This document shows, in pieces, positions 58,099 through 64,000 of a stretch of DNA of 64,000 nucleotides. The notes below the pieces were generated by a model. It worked only from the letters and a program-made list of their open reading frames with translations, was not told the origin of the DNA and did no database searches. Position 1 is the first letter of the stretch. Every line of letters begins with the position of its first letter. The translations under genes and the position numbers were made by a program. Source of the stretch: Mantamonas sphyraenae STR306 (taxonomy: Eukaryota; Protista; CRuMs). The stretch covers positions 124,001-188,000 of the forward strand of contig JAPMXV010000009.1 of the NCBI GenBank assembly GCA_026936335.1. The letters are read 5' to 3'.

Positions 58099-59480
58099 CA
58101 ACAACAGCAACAGCAACGTGATCGATATCCGTCGGGTGGTGGTTGACGCACAGCGATCCCCGGAGGATCTTGTGAAGCTGCACAGCCTTGCAGGCAAGAT
58201 CATTGGGCTGGAAGCCAAGTTGCTGGTGTCGACGAAAGAGAAATGGCGGAGGCAGCCTTTGGCGGAGTTGGAAGACAACTTGTCGTACTCTCAAATTTCG
58301 AGCAAATCATCCAGTAGGTCTCGCAATAGTGGGTCAATACGGAGTGGAAATAGTTCCTCTGCGAACGGTTGGACAGAATCTGGATCAGGTGACGGGTCAG
58401 CGAACAATTCGGACGGAGCAGGCTCTGGTGGTTTGTTCGGGTTGTCTTCAGGAGGGAACAAAGAGTACGAGAGGGTGAGCGCCCTTGTACAAAACAGCAA
58501 CGCGAGGTGGAAGGAGGAAATCACGGAGATCCAGCCGTTGAAGGCGAGGCAGAGGTCCCATCGTCGTGACAAGGTTTTCTGGGCCATCTGGCGGCCGCGT
58601 GAGGAAGGCATGGCTAAGCGGGAGGTGGTGTTGAAGCTACTGGATCTTTACACAAGTGAAGGGCGCACAGAGCTGCGATGGCACCGGTTCATGCAGGCCC
58701 AAGACGAGAAGGTGGGGCGGGGAGTGTGGGCGCCGTCCCTTCTGCGTGCAGAGGGAATCGTGGAGGAAGAGGAGTGGGCTGTGCTGATTTCACCGTACAT
58801 GGAACCGATGAAGCAGGAGTGGGAGCGGGGCATGTGGTGGTCGGGAGAGCGTCTGGAAGCAGTGGTGCGTGAGATGCACTCTGTGATGCTGGAGCTATGG
58901 CGGGAAGGGCTTTGCCACAGGGACATCAAGCCATCTAACCTGGTGTTCACGCGGGAGAAGTCAGTGCGTGTGATTGACACGGAGATGATGGTGGGGATGT
59001 GGGAGCGTGTGGAAGGGGGTCAGCGGATGCACAGCAGTTGCGGAACGCGCGGTTTCATGGCACCGGAGGTTGAGGAGCCGTGTGAGGATGGGTACACGCG
59101 TGCGTGTGACTTGTATTCGTGGGGACAGACGATGCTGGAAGTGGCTGAGGCCAGCGGTCAGGGCAAGACGAGTGCGGGCTTGTGGGTTTGGGAGCTGGTG
59201 GGCAGCCTTGGTCTGACCCTGGAGGATCCGAACGAACGCATCGAAGCGTTCACAGCTGCCACTGGCCTCCCGCTTGTGTGGGATGAGGAGATGTGTGCAC
59301 GCGACACGGCGTCGATGGAAAGCGAGGCGAGGACTGAGTCGCCTTCATCACCAACGTCGCCACCACACAAACCAGTCCAAGAGGAGCGCACGGCGCACAA
59401 AGTACACCCGATGAGTGTCTCGACGTCCACACGCTCGCCAGAGAGTGCTTTGGAGTGAGAATGAAGAACGCAACGTTGAA
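56225..59480 (+). repeat. Segmental duplicate, copy 2 (~3.26 kb)
   Basis: Direct-orientation paralogous copy of 48981-52333. Confidence 0.95.
56338..59458 (+). CDS. Coiled coil + putative PD-(D/E)xK nuclease fold + atypical kinase, copy 2; exons 56338-57223, 57279-59458
   Basis: A 55-nt intron (GTAGGT..CTAAC..CAG) fuses ORFs 56338-57258 and 57392-59458 into one frame (EWT-A-KARERRDKEK). Confidence 0.78.
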
Positions 59481-59601
59481 GCGCAATTCCCCCCAGCGAA
59501 AACGTGGGTTGTGTGTAACCGCATCTGATCCCGTTCCTTCCTGACACGTTCCCCCCCCCCCCCCCCCCAAACCCCTCTCTCTCTCCCTGGTCCAGTCTCC
59601 C

Positions 59602-60565
59602 ATGAGCAGCAACAAGAGCCAGAGTGCAAAGATAGTGGAGAATCTGCTCTCGCGGGTCATCAACGATCCCATCAAGTACTTCTCCATGGTGCTCTACAAG
59701 GAGCAGAAGTACTACCTGTGTCTGTGCCGCCGCGATTTCTATCTGGTGCCTCCTACTCTTGACATTAAGGGTCAACCCCACCACAAGTACCTGCAAGTCG
59801 ACCACATCAAGGTCGACGACAATGATGTCACCCTCTTTGAGATTGTCCTCACCAGTGGCGTACGTGTGACTTGTCTCCCTTCCTCTCCTCCTGCCCGCCC
59901 TACCTTCGTCTTTGCATGGGGGCAACCGTGTGGCCGGCCTTGCAGACATGCCGCCGGCGCGCTCACTCTCCCCCCTTCTCCCTCCACACACATTCACAGG
60001 ACTCTGTCTTTGTCGAGACTCCCATCCGCGACATCGTCGTTGATGAGTTCAAGGTCTATTGGCGCACCAACCTTATGGATGGCTTTCAGCGTCGCACGGT
60101 ACGTGGTGGCGCGTGTGTGTTCCGTCAGCTCGTGGATTTCCTGATTTCCCTCCCTTTCTCACACTGGGGCCCTGTCCGTTTGACCACTCCACAGGTGCGC
60201 AAGTTCAAGATCGAAAGCGGCACGGTCAACATCCAGCGCAGCAAACCGCGCAAGATCGCCAACTTTTCCATGCCTCCCGAAGAGTACGTGTGCGAAGCAA
60301 CACCTGCGGAGGATGCAGCCCTGCCCCGCGTCTCTCTTGCACGCAACGCTCCCCCCCACACCATTCACCTGTTTGCCACGCCCACACTCACACGCACGTG
60401 ACCTCATGTGGGCTTTGCATACAACAGATACAAGAAGGAGGAACTGCGAGGCTATCTGTTTTGGCTGTACAAAAAGTACAAAGAGACGGTCGTGGACGAA
60501 GATGCGTTTGAAGATCCCACCACCAAAGAGTGGATCGCAGGTGAGTGTGCTTCCTCGTCCTGTGT

Positions 60566-60601
<36 letters not shown>

Positions 60602-62948
60602 TGTGTTCGTGCCCAGCGCTCACACTCAACACCACCCGCCCACACGCGCATGGTGTGCTTCGTTTTGTGCAGAGGACGACGAGGAGCCGAGCGACTACAC
60701 AAAGGAGCAGCGTGCACGATGGGAAGCCGAGGGTGACCGTGATGCGCTGGAGGCTGATCTGGACATGCACCGATGGCACACATTGGTGGAGGTTGCCGAC
60801 CCCACCCCGGTGGCACACCTCTCGCGTCGCGAAAAGATGGATCTGCGTCTGCTGGCCGAGCGCAGGGCACGTGACCTCGTTGTTGCCGGCAACGACTATG
60901 GCTTTGTGTATTCGGATGACTATCGCAAAAAGATGAATCTCACGGGCGACCCTGCCAGCTGGAAGTGCTACGCCGTGCACCTGAAGCAGATCTTTGTGCC
61001 CGAGGCACATGACGAATCGTCGTCGTCGTCGTCATCGTCATCGTCATCGTCCTCCTCCTCCTCATCTTCCTCGTCATCGTCCCACCATGGACTGAGCGAG
61101 AAGCCGCCGCTGCAGGTGCGTGACGTGGGTGTGATTGTGGCGCGTCGCAAGTACGTGCCTCCGTTTGGGGATGTGTCGCAGGACTTTTGCTTCACTCGCA
61201 TTGGCCCTCTGCGGGACGCACGCAAGCCTGTGGTGAAGTTTATGCAGCCGTTGGAACGGATGGTGGACTGCCTGGCACCCAAGAACCAGAATTACTTCTA
61301 CGACGACCTTGTGATCCAGTACAAGCTGGATGGACTGATGTGTGACGAAGAGTCGTTCACATGGTACCAGACACAGCTGCGCCTGGTGCCGGAGATCATC
61401 TTTGCCGTGCGTGCGTTCCTCAAGAGCATTGCCAACACGCTGGAGGAGGAGGGCATGGAGGACATCAGCAGCGAAGACTTGGAACCCGGCACCATTGTGT
61501 TTACCGATCCCTTTGCCGTGCGTGATGACATCAACGAGGGCGGTAGCAAGTCCGCGAACGAGGATGACGCAAACAAGGAGGCATGGCGACGCAAGGTGGC
61601 TCGCTACCTGGCCTTTTGCATCGACGGCGGCCTGCACTCTGAGCTCCGCTTCAACGACCTGGTGGGACTGCTGAACAAGGAGGAGGAGCCAGCGTCGAAG
61701 GAGGCGGTGAACATGGTGCACCGTCTGTTCAACTACTTCCTGTACCTGCGTCCCGGCGGTCCCATGCAGGAGTATGACGACACGGTGGAACTGTGGCCCA
61801 AGTTGCAAAAGGTGATCAAGCAGTGCCAGCTGACGACGCCGCGCGACCACTTTGCCTTCAACGAACGCGTGTGCATCCGCCTGATGGAGCTGGGCTACCT
61901 GCAGATGTACATGCGCACGTGCGAGGAACGGTACGAACAGATGCCCAAGGACGAAATCCCCGAGGAGTATCGGGACACGCGTTACGACTTTGTGGACTTT
62001 CTGCTGGCGCTGCTGAAGAAGCGGGATGCAAGCAACGAGCTGATCAGCGGATGCCTGGCGGAGGTGGCTCTGTTGTCGCAGAAGCCGAGCGAACACAACA
62101 ACCTGGTGGACAAGGGCACGGTGAACGTGCTGCTGCGCCTGCTGAAGGACGAGGTGAACAAGGAGGGGGACCGGGACGAGCTGAAGCTGCTGTCCGTGGG
62201 CAAGGCCCTTGTAAATATCTCTGCGGGCAACGCAGAGGCCAAGTCGGTGATCATTGCGCAGGACGCAACGGTGTTTATCCGCAAGTTGCTGAACTACAGC
62301 AACGAGGAGCTTGCACGCACCTACGCAGCGCTGATCAAAAACTGCACCAACACGCCCGAGCATCGCAAGAAGATTGCGGAACAGGGGGCCATCTCCGACC
62401 TGGTGGGTCTGCTCAAGACGACCTCCCTTCCCAGTGGCCGCTCGTCGGACCCGGTGATCATTGCGGCCGCGAGTGCACTGTGGAACCTGGCCACCACCGA
62501 GTCCAACGTGCGCTTCATTGTCATTGCCGACGGCCTCACACGCCTGGTGTCGCTGGTGCGGCGCAACAAGAACGAAGAGGTGCTGGCCAAGTGCTGCGGT
62601 GCCCTCATGGTGTTGTGCAAACCCAACAACAAGGAGGAGTTTCAGGAGTACAAGCTCAAGCGCTCCATTGGATGCCCCACGCCCCCTGGCGTGGTGGACG
62701 ACGAGTATCGCGAGGTGGAGGACACCGGTGTGGTGGGCACCCTGTGTGCCCTGTTGCGCAAGAGCAAGAACGTGACCCTGCTGCGCAACATTTGCGGTCT
62801 GTTTGCCTTTTTGTGCTCCGACCCAGACATTCAGAAGCTCATGAAGCAGAACCAGATTGCAGAGGGTCTCGAGTACTGCAAACGTGCGCGTGAGAAGCGC
62901 ATGGAGGCCTTTGTCGGCCAGATTGAGCTGCGTTTGGGTTTGGATTGA
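59602..62948 (+). CDS. Uncharacterised protein with possible PH-like N-terminus and C-terminal armadillo repeats; exons 59602-59859, 60000-60098, 60195-60283, 60428-60540, 60673-62948
   Basis: Four phase-consistent GT-AG introns; ARM motifs GTVNVLLRLL, ALVNIS, GAISDLVGLL, AASALWNLA, GVVGTLCALL. Confidence 0.8.
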
Positions 62949-62997
62949 AAAATGGAATGCACCATCCAAGCCACTGCCTTTGTTTTCCTTCGTTGGC

Positions 62998-63893
62998 TCA
63001 CAACTTGGCCTGCATCCATGAGGAAAACTCGTCGGGTGAGGCAACGCCTTCACGTCCATCGTCGTCGTTGAGGGGTGGTCGGTCGAGTTCGTCCCAATGA
63101 TCGATGAGCCAGTATCGGAACCAGGCGACACAGTGACGCACCATGCGTGGGGTCACGCGATGACCGACGCCGTCGTATTCCACCAGCTGCAAACGGCGCT
63201 GGTCGCTGTAAAACACGCGTGCTGCGTCCATAAAGGTGAGGTTGCACACGGTGGGCACCAGGGTGTCCTCCTTGCCCGAGCAGATGAGCAGCGGCCGGTC
63301 TGCAAACGCACTGGCGTGGAAGATGGGATCGTGCTTGCGAATGAGTTGAAGCAGAGGCTGTGAGTAAGGCGCAAACGGAGGCTCGTCCACCTCTTCCAGG
63401 CCTCCGCCGCCGCTGGTGTTGTTGCCATTCGACGACGATGCAACCACACTGCTGTCGTTGCTCCCGCCTGTGCCCACACTGCCTGACTTGTCCTTGTCCT
63501 TGCCTGTGCCCTTGCCCCCCTTGTTCTTCTTCTTGGTACGTCTGCCGCCGCTGCCGCCGTTGTTCATCATCCGCTCCTGCTTGGCCGTCGCTTCCAGCTG
63601 CTTCTTCTCCAGCCTCCTGCGGAAATTGTACACGCGGATCTCCATCATGAGTTTGTAGTTGGCCGATCCGATGATGGGACAGGCGACGGCGACGCGCGAG
63701 TCCATGGCCATGCTGAGGAAGGCAATGTGGCCGCCCAGCGACACTCCCGTCACACCCACCCGCTCCAGAGACAGGTTGGGGAAGCGGCAGGGCAGAAAGT
63801 CCAGCACTGTGCTGATGTCCATTGCCGTACCCAGCTGCATGCTGTACATGTCACTCTCGTGCAGCGGGTTGCGGTTCCAACCGTGGTTTGCGC
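62998..63893 (-). CDS. Alpha/beta hydrolase (esterase-like), last exon only; 5' part lies beyond the window
   Basis: Nucleophile elbow GVSLGG, EDTLVP (Asp), GVGHRVT (His). CCCACAG acceptor near 63894 with an upstream CTGAC. Confidence 0.8.
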
Positions 63894-64000
63894 TGTGGGT
63901 TCCCGCGAAATCAAAGCAGCAGCAGCGTCCCGTGTTTTTTTGTGGTGGTGGGCCTGGTCAGCCTCGTTGCCAGACACCATTTTCCAGGTGAACGGGAGCA

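Noticed and set aside
48960-59500. Terminal inverted repeats, target-site duplications, LTRs or Helitron ends on the duplicated cassette
   Set aside because: None visible at either copy's boundaries and no transposase or RT motifs, so it is annotated as a repeat rather than a proven mobile element.
1-64000. rRNA, tRNA or snoRNA genes; prokaryotic operon interpretation; alternative genetic code
   Set aside because: No recognisable RNA-gene motifs by eye (small intronic ncRNAs cannot be excluded without Infernal). Genes have spliceosomal introns, and TAA, TAG and TGA all act as normal stops.

Overview
Eukaryotic DNA from a GC-rich, extremely gene-dense protist. It is probably a flagellate because meckelin/TMEM67 is present, but the lineage cannot be identified from this window. 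About 27 protein-coding genes are separated by only about 7-220 bp and carry short spliceosomal introns (55-400 nt; GTACGT/GTGAGT/GTGCGT donors; two predicted GC-AG introns; CA microsatellites). Housekeeping genes: DOCK-C/D GEF, MCM8, OTU1/YOD1, tandem-RGS protein, RNF141, GLG1-type Cys-repeat protein, NCX, DIM1, TMEM67, AdoMetDC, amino-acid permease, NST1-like, organellar AsnRS, tandem coactosin, SOAT/ARE, CTK3-like, SIZ/PIAS, RRP45, COQ6, an ARM protein and an esterase. Most notable observations: (1) an intronless Hsp70-LRR-ankyrin-TKL kinase-coiled-coil fusion; (2) two near-identical ~3.3 kb copies of a spliced coiled-coil + putative PD-(D/E)xK nuclease + atypical kinase gene (Crinkler/RHS-like) flanking RRP45/COQ6; (3) a GC skew independent of gene orientation that flips sharply at ~31.4 kb (candidate fixed replication origin); (4) a CLU-RCC1x2-PH fusion; (5) DIM1 with ATC where its start ATG should be. 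All exon models and domain calls were made by eye from remembered family motifs, with no database searches.
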